A program made the position numbers and the translations under genes. From an uncultured Desulfobacter sp. (GTDB lineage Bacteria; Desulfobacterota; Desulfobacteria; Desulfobacterales; Desulfobacteraceae): a stretch of 64,000 bases of DNA. The notes beneath the pieces were generated by a model that was not told where the DNA came from, did no database searches, and was given only the letters and a program-made list of their open reading frames with translations. The DNA lies in the NCBI GenBank assembly GCA_963665095.1, contig OY762069.1, forward strand, positions 6,528,001 to 6,592,000, written 5' to 3'. Below, in pieces: positions 10,223 through 20,992 of the stretch; the stretch's first letter is position 1, and the number at the start of each line of letters is the position of its first letter.

Positions 10223-11348
10223 GGTCTTCCTTTTCGAATGGTTTTTCCCCAAGAATGCAGCCGGCAATGAGATCTGCGCCGCGGGGCAGGGCAAGACGCC
10301 TCAAAACCTCTGCCATGGCTGAACATTTATCAGGATTGTTTCTTAGATCCTGGATGGTTTTGTACAAACCGGATCCGGTCAGCTCCCTGTCATGGATCAA
10401 AACAGCCCCCCCCTGTTCGGAAAGATGTCTGGCATTGGCGGTCTGGTGGTCATCAGCCGCATGGGGAAAGGGAATCAGGATGCAGGGTTTGGCCTTGATG
10501 CACAGTTCCGAAACCGTTCCCGCACCTGCCCGGCTGATCACCAGATCTGCCCGGTCCTGGATATCAGGCATGTCATAGAAAAAGGCGGCGGCTTTATGGC
10601 GGATGCCTGACCTGGCGTAAAATTGTGCTGTTTCTGCTTCATCGGCTTTACCAGTCTGATGGACGACAAATAAACGGTCTGTATCTGTTAATAGATCCAT
10701 GGCTTCAGTGAATGCTTTATTAATGGATGCCGCCCCCTGGCTGCCGCCAGTGACCAGAATCAGGAAATCATCGTCCTTGACCTGGTCCAGAACTGATTCC
10801 GTATTGTTCTGTGCCTGATTCACATTTTTGCCCAAAGGCCTGCGTGCAGGATTTCCAACAAGATAGGTAGCGGCGCCTTCCGGCATGCCTTTTGTCTTGG
10901 CAAAGGTAATAAACCGGGTATGGGCAATTTTTGACAGCATGCGGTTGGTCATGCCGGGAACCGCATTTTGTTCATGGATGGCGGTTTCCCTGAAAAGAAT
11001 CCGGCCTGCCAGCACCAGGGCAAAGGAGGAAAATCCGCCGACACCCAGAATAAAGTTGGCCCTGAAAACAATGATGATCCCCAATGCCTGGAGCAGGCTG
11101 ATGCCGACAAGGGCTGCGGACCAGGCCTTTGCAAGAATATTTTTTCCCTTGATCGGCTTTGAGACAATAGTCTTGTGGTTGAATCCGTATCTACAAAGGG
11201 TTTCCGTCTCAAAGGGGGCATCAGTGCCCACAAACAGGATTTGGGTGGAGGGATCTTTTTCCATCAAAGCCTGGGCCACGGCAATGCCGGGGAACAGATG
11301 TCCCCCTGTTTTTCCGCCGGCAATAATGACGCGCTTATTTTTCCGCAT
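10209..11348 (-). CDS. murG: Undecaprenyl-PP-MurNAc-pentapeptide GlcNAc transferase
   Basis: GGKTGGHLFPG, HEQN, GGSQGA, SRAGA, DHQTANA. Confidence 0.97.
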   Translation of the reverse strand: MRKNKRVIIAGGKTGGHLFPGIAVAQALMEKDPSTQILFVGTDAPFETETLCRYGFNHKTIVSKPIKGKNILAKAWSAALVGISLLQALGIIIVFRANFILGVGGFSSFALVLAGRILFRETAIHEQNAVPGMTNRMLSKIAHTRFITFAKTKGMPEGAATYLVGNPARRPLGKNVNQAQNNTESVLDQVKDDDFLILVTGGSQGAASINKAFTEAMDLLTDTDRLFVVHQTGKADEAETAQFYARSGIRHKAAAFFYDMPDIQDRADLVISRAGAGTVSELCIKAKPCILIPFPHAADDHQTANARHLSEQGGAVLIHDRELTGSGLYKTIQDLRNNPDKCSAMAEVLRRLALPRGADLIAGCILGEKPFEKEDHVPA

Positions 11349-12483
11349 GGTGTGCCGACGCTCCTATATTCATTAAAATGCCCATGGCTGCCATATTGAT
11401 GATCAAAGAGGTGCCGCCGTATGAGATAAAGGGCAGGGTGAGCCCTTTGGTGGGAAGCACCCCTAAGGTAACCCCTGTGTTGATGATTACCTGAAATCCT
11501 AAGTACAGGGTCAGCCCGGACGCTGCCACGGCCCCGAAAAAGGTGTCTGCCTGCCGGGCAATGCGGGTGCCGGTGTAAAGGATGACGCCGTACAGCGCAA
11601 GGATGACAAAAACGCCGATCAGGCCAAGCTCCTCTCCGATGATGGAGAAGATGAAATCTGTGTGGGGTTCGGGCAAAAAGTGCATTTTCTGCATGGAGAG
11701 CCCGATACCCCTGCCGAACAGTCCGCCGGACCCAAAGGCCTTCAGTGAGTTGGTCAGCTGGAACCCTTTGCCCAGAGGATCATCCCAGGGGTGCAGAAAT
11801 CCGATGATGCGCTCAAGGCGGTAATTCACCTTGAACACCAGAAAGTAGGCCACAACGGGAATAATAACCGGTAACGGACTGATCAGATACAGCAGGGGAA
11901 CGCCTGCGGTAAACATCATGCCCCAGCACAGCATGCCTAAGACCACAAGCGTGCCAAAGTCCGGCTGCATAAGAATGAGCACGCCCATGAGTCCATATAC
12001 CATCACATGGGGAATAAACCCGATGGAGAAATCCCGGATATGTCCCAGCTCCTCTTTTTTGGAAAGGGAATAGGCCATGAACAGAATCATGGCCAGCTTG
12101 GCAAATTCCGCCGGCTGGAAGGCAAACAGGCCGAAGTCAAGCCAGCGCCGGGCATTGTTGGCCTTCACCCCCAGGGCCGGGAAGAGAACGGCAATCAAAA
12201 GGCCAAAGGCGGCAAACAGGATGATATAGGCCACGCTCTTGTAAAGCTTGTAAGGGAAAGAGGCGGTGACATACATAATGCAAAGGCTGAGGCAGAAAAA
12301 TATAGCCTGACGTTTAAAGTAGTAGAACAGGCTGTTGTGTTCGTCCAGACTGATGGCACAGGAGGAGGAGTAAACCATGACAAGGCCGATGCCGGCAAGG
12401 ATCAGCACTGGAAACAGGATTGATTTTTCCCTGAAAAAGGGGTGAAGGGCGCCTGGCCTGTATTCCCGGACAGAATCAGCCAT
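11335..12483 (-). CDS. ftsW: SEDS peptidoglycan polymerase FtsW
   Basis: RRW, FQPAEFAK, QPDFGT, LPEPHTDFIF, LPFISYGG. Start placed at MADSVREY. Confidence 0.96.
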   Translation of the reverse strand: MADSVREYRPGALHPFFREKSILFPVLILAGIGLVMVYSSSCAISLDEHNSLFYYFKRQAIFFCLSLCIMYVTASFPYKLYKSVAYIILFAAFGLLIAVLFPALGVKANNARRWLDFGLFAFQPAEFAKLAMILFMAYSLSKKEELGHIRDFSIGFIPHVMVYGLMGVLILMQPDFGTLVVLGMLCWGMMFTAGVPLLYLISPLPVIIPVVAYFLVFKVNYRLERIIGFLHPWDDPLGKGFQLTNSLKAFGSGGLFGRGIGLSMQKMHFLPEPHTDFIFSIIGEELGLIGVFVILALYGVILYTGTRIARQADTFFGAVAASGLTLYLGFQVIINTGVTLGVLPTKGLTLPFISYGGTSLIINMAAMGILMNIGASAHHAEK

Positions 12484-13870
12484 GGCAGACCTCCTGTCCG
12501 GGTATGACCGGTTCCCTTTGTCCGGATTCCAGGGCATTGACAATGCGGGCAAAATCTTTTCCCCGTTCCCCGTAACTGGCATAGAGATCAAAGCTGGCAC
12601 AGGCCGGAGAGAGCAGCACCACATCTTTATCCCTGGCCAGCGCCCGGGCCGTGGCAACGGCACAGGCCATGTCCGGGCAGGAATGGCAGGGGCAGAGGCG
12701 GTCAAAGGTTGCCATGATATGATCGCAGGCCTCTCCCATGGCAATGACGGCTTTGACCCGGGTTTTGACAAGGGGGATCAGAGGCGCGAAATCAAGGCCC
12801 TTTTCCCGGCCGCCCAGAATAAGGATAATACCGGATTTAAAGGATTCCAGGGCGCGAAGTACTGCATCCACATTGGTGGCCTTTGAATCATTGTAAAACC
12901 GGATGCCGTCAAGTTCCCTGACAAAGGCCATACGGTGGTCGGACAGGGAAAACCGGGCCAGTGCATCTTGAATGCCTGCCATATTGGCACCGGCACCTAG
13001 TGCAGCCAGGGCCGCGGCGGCCATGTTTTCACGGTTATGGGCGCCGGGCAGACGGGTCAGTCCTGTCGTTTCAATGGTCCCGCTGGTTTCTTCGGTGTGA
13101 ATGGTGATACGGGCTTCCTCCACCCCGGCGCCCAGGGGTACCGGCCCGGCCGATGAAAAAAACAGAACCGTGGCTGCCAGGTCTTTAGTCCGGGCTTGGA
13201 AATCAGGTATCCGGGTGTTGACTATGGCGGTATCCTGCCGGGTTATCCGGCTGAACAAAGACCATTTTGAATCGGTATAGGCGTTGAAATCCGGGTACCG
13301 GTCCAGGTGATCTTCGGCCACGTTGAGCAGCACCCCGACATCGGGCCGGAAGGTGCGCGCAAGATCCAGCTGAAAGGATGAAATTTCCGCCACCACCACA
13401 TCCTTTTGGGCTTCCTGCATCAGATACTCCACCAGCGGCGTGCCGATGTTGCCACCCACAAAACAGGAAAGCCCGCAGGATTCAAGCATGGCTGCAGTCA
13501 GTTCCGTGGTCGTGGTTTTCCCGTTTGTCCCGGTGATGGCCACCACGGGTGTGGTATTGTACTGGGAGAAGATATCCAGCTCTCCCACAACGGGCACCCC
13601 TTTTTCCATGGCATTTCTGATATACGGCATGGTCAGAGGAATGCCCGGGCTTGGGATAATGGCTGCGGCACGATCAAACATCTGCTGGTCATGGCGGCCG
13701 ATGACAACAGGGATGCCAAGGGCCTCAAGGGCTCTTGCTTCATCCGTTCTGGCAGGATCAATATCGGTGGCTGCCACGGCGCGGCCGCAGGACTTAAGGA
13801 ACCGGGCCATGGAGACCCCGCAGGCCCCTAAGCCGACAACCAGTTCATATGTTGAAGAAATTTCTGCCAT
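12476..13870 (-). CDS. murD: UDP-N-acetylmuramoyl-L-alanine--D-glutamate ligase
   Basis: ITGTNGKTTTT, EISSFQL, DHLDRY, NDSKATN, LSPACASFD. Confidence 0.98.
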   Translation of the reverse strand: MAEISSTYELVVGLGACGVSMARFLKSCGRAVAATDIDPARTDEARALEALGIPVVIGRHDQQMFDRAAAIIPSPGIPLTMPYIRNAMEKGVPVVGELDIFSQYNTTPVVAITGTNGKTTTTELTAAMLESCGLSCFVGGNIGTPLVEYLMQEAQKDVVVAEISSFQLDLARTFRPDVGVLLNVAEDHLDRYPDFNAYTDSKWSLFSRITRQDTAIVNTRIPDFQARTKDLAATVLFFSSAGPVPLGAGVEEARITIHTEETSGTIETTGLTRLPGAHNRENMAAAALAALGAGANMAGIQDALARFSLSDHRMAFVRELDGIRFYNDSKATNVDAVLRALESFKSGIILILGGREKGLDFAPLIPLVKTRVKAVIAMGEACDHIMATFDRLCPCHSCPDMACAVATARALARDKDVVLLSPACASFDLYASYGERGKDFARIVNALESGQREPVIPGQEVCHG

Positions 13871-13871
13871 A

Positions 13872-14951
13872 TTACCTTATCTTGAGCGTACTTAAAGCCA
13901 GTGCCGCAAGGGTCACTGAGATAATCCAGAACCGGACAATAACCTTGGATTCCGGCCAGCCTTTTAATTCAAAATGGTGGTGTAAAGGAGCCATGCGGAA
14001 AATTCGTTTCCCATGGGTGAGTTTAAAATATGAGACCTGCAGGATGACGGATACCGCTTCCATGACAAAAAGTCCGCCCACCAGCACCAGCATCACCTCC
14101 TGTTTGGTTGCCACGGCAATGGTGCCTAAAATGGCGCCCAGGGGAATTGATCCGGTATCTCCCATGAAAATCTGGGCCGGGTGTGCATTGAACCATAAAA
14201 AGCCCATGCCGGCACCTGCCAGTATCCCGCAGATGACGCAGACCTCACCGGCAGCCTGAATGTGGCGGACATGCAGGTACTGGGCAAACTGGGTGTGGCC
14301 GGCCACATAGGCAAACAGCATATAGGTGACCGACGCCACGATATAGGGGCCAATGGCCAGACCATCCAGTCCGTCAGTGAGATTGACCGCATTGGAGGTG
14401 CCCACAATAACCAGGCAGGCAAAGGGGATGTATAGCCATCCCAGGTTCAGGGTAAAATTTTTAAAAAACGGAAAGGTGAGTACCGCATTGAAATCCGGGC
14501 TCCGGTATATCAGGTAGGAGACAATCAGACCGGCAAGTATCTGGCACAGGAACTTGGCCCGGGCTGTGAATCCCATGTTCCTTTTTTTCAGCAGAGACAT
14601 ATAGTCGTCAACAAAACCAATGGCGCCGAAGAGCAGGGTGACCAGCAGCAGAATGCCCACATAGTGGTTGGACAGATTGCCCCACAAAAGCGCGGAAAGA
14701 AAAAAGGCAAACAGAATGAGCACACCACCCATGGTGGGGGTTCCCTGTTTGCTTAAATGGCTCTTCGGGCCGTCGGTCTGGATGATCTGGCCAAAATGCA
14801 TGAGCTGCAGTTTCCGGATAACAAACGGACCTAAAATAAAGCAGACGGCAAAGGCGGTGAGTCCTCCGTAAATGGTGCGGAAGGTGATATACCGGAAAAT
14901 ATTGAACAGGGTAAAATGTTCATGTAACGGGTATAAAAAGTGATAAAACAT
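13872..14951 (-). CDS. mraY: Phospho-N-acetylmuramoyl-pentapeptide transferase
   Basis: KQGTPTMGG, NAVNLTDGLDGL, FMGDTGS, MAPLHHHFE. Confidence 0.98.
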   Translation of the reverse strand: MFYHFLYPLHEHFTLFNIFRYITFRTIYGGLTAFAVCFILGPFVIRKLQLMHFGQIIQTDGPKSHLSKQGTPTMGGVLILFAFFLSALLWGNLSNHYVGILLLVTLLFGAIGFVDDYMSLLKKRNMGFTARAKFLCQILAGLIVSYLIYRSPDFNAVLTFPFFKNFTLNLGWLYIPFACLVIVGTSNAVNLTDGLDGLAIGPYIVASVTYMLFAYVAGHTQFAQYLHVRHIQAAGEVCVICGILAGAGMGFLWFNAHPAQIFMGDTGSIPLGAILGTIAVATKQEVMLVLVGGLFVMEAVSVILQVSYFKLTHGKRIFRMAPLHHHFELKGWPESKVIVRFWIISVTLAALALSTLKIR

Positions 14952-14956
14952 GTGCG

Positions 14957-17900
14957 CTAATCCGCTTTCTTTACAGGTATTTGTTCAATTGTCGGGATCA
15001 GGGTTTCCATGGACATGCCGCGGGACCCTTTGAGTAAAATCCAGTCCTCTTTTTCTGCCATGCCGGCAATGGCAAGGCTTAGCTCTTCTTTGGTGCCCAT
15101 GGTGATCAACGCGTCCGGATACCCCTTTTCCACCGCACCCTGTCTGAGATGGGCCACCCGGGTACCGAACAGCAGCAACCGGGCCGGTGACAGCTCAGCC
15201 ACCAGATGCCCTGTTTCCCGGTGGAATCGCGCCTCTTCCTGTCCAAGTTCCAGCATGTCCCCAAGTATTGCGATACCGCAGCCAGGGCCGGCCAGATGGT
15301 GCAGGACGGTCAGTGCCTGGGCCATGGAGGCGGGGTTGGCATTATAGGTGTCATCAATGAGATGGATGCCATTGGCAAGGTGTTTTAAGTTCATCCTGCC
15401 TTTGACCGGCGTAAAATCAAGAAGGCCCTGTGCAATGCTGCTTCCATTAATGCCGGCGGCCCTGGCCAGGCTTGCCGCGGCTGCCGCATTATATGCCATG
15501 AAGGCGGCCGGGCTGGGCAGGCCGTATGTTGCGGTCTTCCCGTCCATGGTCAGACAGAATTCAAGGCCCTGGTCTGTGGGCACAATATCTGAAAGCGCAA
15601 CATCTGAGTTTTTATCTGTCCCGAAGAATGCGATTTTAGCGGTGTCGGCACTCTTCCTGGCCGCCTCTTCCAGGATGGCACACCGTGGATCATCCCTGAA
15701 AATAATGGCGGTACCGCCCGGTTTAAGGCCCTGGAATATTTCTGCCTTGGCCCGGGCCACGTTTGAAAGAGAACCTAAGCCCTCTATGTGGGACCCCAGT
15801 GTATTGGTGACAATGGCAATATCCGGGCAGGCAATGGCAGTGAGTCGTGCAATCTCTTTCGGCCGGTTCATTCCCATTTCAACCACTGCCCATTCATGGA
15901 CCGGCGCCAGCCTCAGCAGGGTTAAGGGCAGGCCGATTTCGTTGTTGAGATTTCCCCGGGTGGCCAGGGTATCAAACCGGCGGGAGAATATATTTTCCGC
16001 CATCTGCCGGGTGGTGGTCTTTCCGTTAGACCCGGTGATGGCTGCCACATGGACCCTGGTGCGCATGCGATGATAGCGGGCCAGGGCACCTAAGGCGAAC
16101 AGGGTATCCGGCGTTTCAAAAAAGCAGATTCCCTCTTTGTTAATCCCTGTTTTTCTGTCTGCATCAAGGCCAGCCAGAAAGCCCTTTTTGACCACAAAGG
16201 CTTTAATCCCTTTTTCAGCCAGATCGGATATGAAATTATGGCCGTCAAACCGTTCCCCCTCCAGGGCCACAAATACCTGGTTCGAAGAGATGGTTCTTGA
16301 ATCCGTGCTGATCCCTGCAAACAGGGTTGTCTTGCCTGAAGCTTCAGATAGAGATTCCAAAGAGATTTTCCGGCCCGATGCATTCACCGGGTTTGTTTCC
16401 AGGGCCTTTGACAGATCACTCGTCTGCCAGGGCAAAGGCGTTGCCAACTTATCGCAGGCCAGGGCCAGATGCTCTTTATCATCGAAATGAATGGTGCCCT
16501 GGTTGGTGATCTGGTAAGTTTCATGGCCTTTACCGGCTGCAACGATAATATCCCGGGGTTTTGAAATATTTACGGCCAGGCTAAGGGCTTTGGCGCGGTC
16601 CGTCATCCGGATATAGCCCTTATCTCCAGGTTTTATGGCGGCGGGGTCAAGGGGCTTGAACGCCTGGGCCCTGATCCCGGCAATAATGTCGTCCACAATG
16701 GCGTCCGGATTTTCGGAGCGGGGATTATCCGAGGTGACTATGGCGATATCCGAATATTTGCAAGCGATTATCCCCATGGGACCCCGCTTGGTTTTATCCC
16801 TGTCACCGCCGCAGCCGAACACCGTGATCACCCGGGCCGGGGCCCGGCTGGAAAGGGTTTCAAGGATGGATTCAAGGGCATCCGGGGTGTGGGCATAATC
16901 CACAAAAATATGGCGGTTCAGCGGGGTGGCAAGTTTTTCCAGCCTGCCTGGCACCCGCTCAAGTGCGGCAATGCCTTTGACAATATCGGAAGGCGAGATG
17001 CCTGTACTCAGAGCGGCTCCTGCGGCACACAGAATATTTTCCAGGTTAAACCGCCCGGTGAGAACGGAGGTCATGGCAACCTGCTCTTTGCCAAAGTCCA
17101 GAACGGCACGCAGCCCATGAATGTCATCTTTAATATCCAGGGCGGCAATCTCGGCGGGCTGGCCTGCACTGACCCGAATGGCAGGTATATCAAGGCTGTC
17201 ACACAGTCGTTTGCCGAATTCATTATCAATATTGACCACGGCTTTTTTCGCAGGCTGGTCGTCGGAAGAGGCCAGATGCCGGGTAAACAGGGTCATCTTG
17301 CAGGCAAAGTACGCCTCAAGGTCCTGGTGGTAATCCAGGTGGTCCTGGGTGAGATTGGTAAACACAGCGGTGTTAAATTCGCATTCATCCACCCGGTGCT
17401 GGTCCAGACTGTGGGAGGAGACTTCCATAATCACGTGGGTGACGCCGGCCTGTTTCATGTCGTGCATGGTTTTCTGCAGGCATACGGCGTCCGGGGTGGT
17501 AATGGGATTGTCCAGGGTGGTGCCGGGGTACCGGATATTCACGGTGCCGATCACCCCGCAGGTGATCCCGCAGGATGTAAATATCTGTTCCAGGAGCCAG
17601 GTGATGCTGGTTTTGCCGTTGGTACCGGTTACACCAATGAGCATCAGATCCCGGGACGGATGTCCGAAGAAATTGGCGGCTGTAACAGCCGTGTCTTTCC
17701 GGGTGTCCCCGGAAAGAATCACTTTCTGTTTCTGGGCCGGTGTGATGCCCTGTGGCAGTTTCCGGGCCAGGACGGCTGCCGCCCCTTTGTCAAAAGCCTG
17801 GGCAATGAAATTATGGCCGTCGGCGGCATGGCCGTCCACAGCAATGAACAGGGCATCTTTGGTCACCTGCCTTGAGTCGCAGGTGACATCTGAAATTTCA

Positions 17901-17977
17901 GTGTGACCAAATCCTTTTGCCGCCTGATCCGGTGTGAGTATGGCGCGGGTGCCCGCCAGAACGTCAGTCAGCCACAT
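14957..17977 (-). CDS. murE: Bifunctional MurE-MurF fusion ligase (1006 aa)
   Basis: N-half is MurE (GTNGKTS, VDYAHTPDA, DNPR, GKGHE); C-half is MurF (DSR, GSNGKTTT, NNEIGLP, DDTYNANP, KGSRG). One uninterrupted frame. Confidence 0.93.
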   Translation of the reverse strand: MWLTDVLAGTRAILTPDQAAKGFGHTEISDVTCDSRQVTKDALFIAVDGHAADGHNFIAQAFDKGAAAVLARKLPQGITPAQKQKVILSGDTRKDTAVTAANFFGHPSRDLMLIGVTGTNGKTSITWLLEQIFTSCGITCGVIGTVNIRYPGTTLDNPITTPDAVCLQKTMHDMKQAGVTHVIMEVSSHSLDQHRVDECEFNTAVFTNLTQDHLDYHQDLEAYFACKMTLFTRHLASSDDQPAKKAVVNIDNEFGKRLCDSLDIPAIRVSAGQPAEIAALDIKDDIHGLRAVLDFGKEQVAMTSVLTGRFNLENILCAAGAALSTGISPSDIVKGIAALERVPGRLEKLATPLNRHIFVDYAHTPDALESILETLSSRAPARVITVFGCGGDRDKTKRGPMGIIACKYSDIAIVTSDNPRSENPDAIVDDIIAGIRAQAFKPLDPAAIKPGDKGYIRMTDRAKALSLAVNISKPRDIIVAAGKGHETYQITNQGTIHFDDKEHLALACDKLATPLPWQTSDLSKALETNPVNASGRKISLESLSEASGKTTLFAGISTDSRTISSNQVFVALEGERFDGHNFISDLAEKGIKAFVVKKGFLAGLDADRKTGINKEGICFFETPDTLFALGALARYHRMRTRVHVAAITGSNGKTTTRQMAENIFSRRFDTLATRGNLNNEIGLPLTLLRLAPVHEWAVVEMGMNRPKEIARLTAIACPDIAIVTNTLGSHIEGLGSLSNVARAKAEIFQGLKPGGTAIIFRDDPRCAILEEAARKSADTAKIAFFGTDKNSDVALSDIVPTDQGLEFCLTMDGKTATYGLPSPAAFMAYNAAAAASLARAAGINGSSIAQGLLDFTPVKGRMNLKHLANGIHLIDDTYNANPASMAQALTVLHHLAGPGCGIAILGDMLELGQEEARFHRETGHLVAELSPARLLLFGTRVAHLRQGAVEKGYPDALITMGTKEELSLAIAGMAEKEDWILLKGSRGMSMETLIPTIEQIPVKKAD

Positions 17978-19721
17978 GGTGTACCTCCTGGGGTGCTGCC
18001 GCCACCATATCTGTTTCCGGTGGAATATTGAGATAGTTAAAGGCCCGGGTCATGATGTTTTTAAATGCCGGGGCTGCCACAATCCCCCCGTAGTGGTTTG
18101 GTTTGGGTTCATCCACCACCACCAGGATGGCAAGGGCGGGGTTGTCAAAGGGTGCAAATCCAGCAAAGGCAGAGGTGAACCGGCTGCGGGAGTATCCTTT
18201 TTTGTCCCTGGCCGCTTTCTGGGCGGTGCTGGTTTTTCCGCACACCTGGTATCCCGGCATGGCAGCCAGAACGCCTGTGCCTTCTTTCTGGACAACCCGG
18301 GCCATCATCTTTTTAACAATCCGGGCCGTGTCAGGGGATATTACCTGGCGGACGGGGCAGGGGGTATTTTCTTTAATGATGTCTCCGCTGCAGGACTGAA
18401 TTTTTTTAATGAGCAAAGGTTTCATCAGCTTGCCGTCATTGGCAATGGCGGATATGGCACTGATCAGCTGTACGGCGGTGACTGAAATGCCCTGGCCAAA
18501 TGACATGGCCACGGCATCAATTTTGCTCCATCGGTCCAGGGGTAAAAGCTGCCCCGGGCTCTCTCCGGGGCAGCCAAGATCGGTTCTGGTCCCAAATCCG
18601 AACGCCTCAAGGTAAAAGTGCAGGGCCCTGGGGCCAAGATCCAGGGCAATTTTTGCCGCCCCGATATTGGAGGAAAATTTCACCACCTGGCTTGGGGTGA
18701 GGTAATCATGGGGGTGGGTGTCGTGGATGGCATATCTGCCGACCTTGAACGTGCCGTTTTCACAATTGACAATGGTGGTGGGGGACATGCCCCCTTCAAT
18801 GGCCGCCGCCACTGTGATCACCTTCATGATGGAGCCGGGCTCAAAGGGGTCGGTGACGGCCCGGTTGATGTAGTTGGTTCGGCTGTATTCACTGAAGCTG
18901 TTGGGGTTGAACTCCGGGTAGTGTGCCATGGCCAAAAGTTCGCCTGTGGATGGTTTCATGACCAGGGCCATGCCGGATTTTCCCTTGTGGTCTTTCACCG
19001 CCTGAGCCAGTGCCTGTTCACTGAAAAACTGGATTTTTTTGTCCAGGGTCAGGACAATGGTGTTGCCCTTCAGGTCCCCGCGCAGATTTTTGCCTGTGGA
19101 TAAGATGTTCCGGTTGCCGTCTCTTCGTTCCTGTGTTTTAAGGGTACGGCCTTCAAGCGTGGTGTTGTATTCATATTCCAGTCCTTCAAGCCCGTGGTCG
19201 TCTTTCCCTGTAAAGCCGATGACCTGGGCCGCCAGGCAGCGGTTGGGATAAAACCGTTTGGAGTCATCCAGAATATAGATGCCGGCGATATTCAGGGCCT
19301 TTATCTCATTGGCCCTGGCAGGGGGGACCCGGCGGGCCAAAAGAGCAAACCGGCCCTTTCGGCATAGCTGGGCCTTTAGTTCGGATTTGCCGGTATCCAG
19401 AATTTTGGCAAGGGCGGCAGCTGTCTTTTCAGGATCTGTTATCTGCATGGGGTCGGCAGTGATGTTGCACGCTTCGATGCTGGCCCCTAACCTGTTTAAA
19501 TGGCGGTCCAGGATCAGGCCCCGGTCTCCCTGGATGGTAATGGTTTTTACGTAGGTGTCTTCGGCAATCTGCCGAAGATTTTCCCCCTGGAGAATCTGAA
19601 TATCAAAGGAACGGGCTCCCATCAGGATCAGGCATAACAGCAGTGAAAAACGGATAAACAGAATCCGTGCGCCGATTCGGTTTTTGCGGCCTGCTGCTAT
19701 TTTACGGGAATCTTTTGCCAT
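17964..19721 (-). CDS. ftsI: Penicillin-binding protein 3 (FtsI)
   Basis: RGLILDR, EPGSIMK (SxxK), SSN (SxN), KTS motif. Start placed at MAKDSRK. Confidence 0.95.
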   Translation of the reverse strand: MAKDSRKIAAGRKNRIGARILFIRFSLLLCLILMGARSFDIQILQGENLRQIAEDTYVKTITIQGDRGLILDRHLNRLGASIEACNITADPMQITDPEKTAAALAKILDTGKSELKAQLCRKGRFALLARRVPPARANEIKALNIAGIYILDDSKRFYPNRCLAAQVIGFTGKDDHGLEGLEYEYNTTLEGRTLKTQERRDGNRNILSTGKNLRGDLKGNTIVLTLDKKIQFFSEQALAQAVKDHKGKSGMALVMKPSTGELLAMAHYPEFNPNSFSEYSRTNYINRAVTDPFEPGSIMKVITVAAAIEGGMSPTTIVNCENGTFKVGRYAIHDTHPHDYLTPSQVVKFSSNIGAAKIALDLGPRALHFYLEAFGFGTRTDLGCPGESPGQLLPLDRWSKIDAVAMSFGQGISVTAVQLISAISAIANDGKLMKPLLIKKIQSCSGDIIKENTPCPVRQVISPDTARIVKKMMARVVQKEGTGVLAAMPGYQVCGKTSTAQKAARDKKGYSRSRFTSAFAGFAPFDNPALAILVVVDEPKPNHYGGIVAAPAFKNIMTRAFNYLNIPPETDMVAAAPQEVHHVAD

Positions 19722-19722
19722 G

Positions 19723-20028
19723 CTAATTGCTGTCTCCTGGCAGATAAATGGGCTGGTTAAGCGTATCCGGCACCATCCCCAGCCGGGAATGGGCAATGTA
19801 CATAATCCTGCCTTCGGATTTGAGCCGTTCAATTTCAACGCCCAGGGCCTGGCGGTACTCTGCCAGGTCACGAAGCTGGGTTCGGGTTTTGGATATCTGC
19901 TGCATGGCCTGGCTGGATTCGCTGCGGATCCAGGCATTAAGGATCAGCTGAGCCACCAGCAGCATGATAAGGAAAAACCAGCGCAACCCCTTGCGATCCT
20001 GGGCCGGGGCTGTTTGTTTTTTCGCCAT
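19723..20028 (-). CDS. ftsL: Cell division protein FtsL
   Basis: Short basic N-terminus, one TM helix, coiled coil; lies between rsmH and ftsI. Confidence 0.8.
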   Translation of the reverse strand: MAKKQTAPAQDRKGLRWFFLIMLLVAQLILNAWIRSESSQAMQQISKTRTQLRDLAEYRQALGVEIERLKSEGRIMYIAHSRLGMVPDTLNQPIYLPGDSN

Positions 20029-20052
20029 GATCAATGTTTGGAATCCTTATCT

Positions 20053-20991
20053 TTATATTTTCTGTGCCACCCGCAGTTTGGCACTCCTTGCCATGGGGTT
20101 TTGCTGCGTTTCAGACAAGTCTGCCGTCACAGGCTTTCTTGTGATGGATTTCATTTGCTGCACAAATCCACAGACACACCGGGGCAGCTGGCTCGGACAG
20201 GTACAGCCGTTTTCAAAGGCACGCAGGCGCTGCTTGACGATGCGGTCCTCCAGGGAGTGAAAGGAGATAACACAGATACGCCCGCCCTTGGCCAGCATGT
20301 CAGGCACAGCCTGCATGAAAGCATTCAGGCGTTCAAGCTCCTGGTTTACTTCAATGCGCAATGCCTGAAATACCCGGGTGGCCGGGTGGATCTTCTGCCT
20401 GGCGGCAGCGCCGGCCGGAACAGCCTGTGCCACGGTTTCGGCCAGGGTTCGGCTGCTGTCAATGGGGCCTGTCAACCGTTTTTCAACAATTGATCTGGCA
20501 ATTCTTCTTGAGAATTTCTCTTCCCCGTATGTAAAAAAAATATCTGCCAACTGTTTTTCCGTATAGGTATTTACCACGTGCTCTGCAGTTAACGGATTGC
20601 GGACATCCATTCGCATATCCAGGGGTTCATCCTTTTTAAAGCTGAATCCCCGTTTACTTTGTGTCAGTTGGTTAAGTGAAAAGCCTAAGTCAAGAAGAAT
20701 GCTGTTAACTCCACTGATGCCGGCATCTTTGAGAATACCGGGCAGATCGCTGAAGTTATTATGGTACAGCCGGACATTGTCCTTGAAAGGATGAAGCACG
20801 GTTTTCGCGTTGGCAATGGCATCCATATCCTGATCGATGCCGATGAGTAACCCGTCGGGTCCAATGGACTTGAGGCTGGAAAGTGCATGACCGCATCCGC
20901 CTAAGGTGCAGTCCACACAGATGTCACCCGGTTGAAGATTTTGGTACGCATGCACCTGGGACGGCATAACAGAGGTATGTTCAAACCCCAT
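20053..20991 (-). CDS. rsmH: 16S rRNA m4C1402 methyltransferase
   Basis: HTSVM, DCTLGGCGH, PLDMRMD, HPATRVFQALRI, SFHSLEDR, RSAKLR. Confidence 0.98.
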   Translation of the reverse strand: MGFEHTSVMPSQVHAYQNLQPGDICVDCTLGGCGHALSSLKSIGPDGLLIGIDQDMDAIANAKTVLHPFKDNVRLYHNNFSDLPGILKDAGISGVNSILLDLGFSLNQLTQSKRGFSFKKDEPLDMRMDVRNPLTAEHVVNTYTEKQLADIFFTYGEEKFSRRIARSIVEKRLTGPIDSSRTLAETVAQAVPAGAAARQKIHPATRVFQALRIEVNQELERLNAFMQAVPDMLAKGGRICVISFHSLEDRIVKQRLRAFENGCTCPSQLPRCVCGFVQQMKSITRKPVTADLSETQQNPMARSAKLRVAQKI

Positions 20992-20992
20992 G

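Noticed and set aside
4201..17906. Long plus-strand ORFs such as 4201-4980, 4931-5767, 8939-9724 and 16889-17875
   Set aside because: Antisense shadows of conserved dcw genes, with no recognisable motifs.
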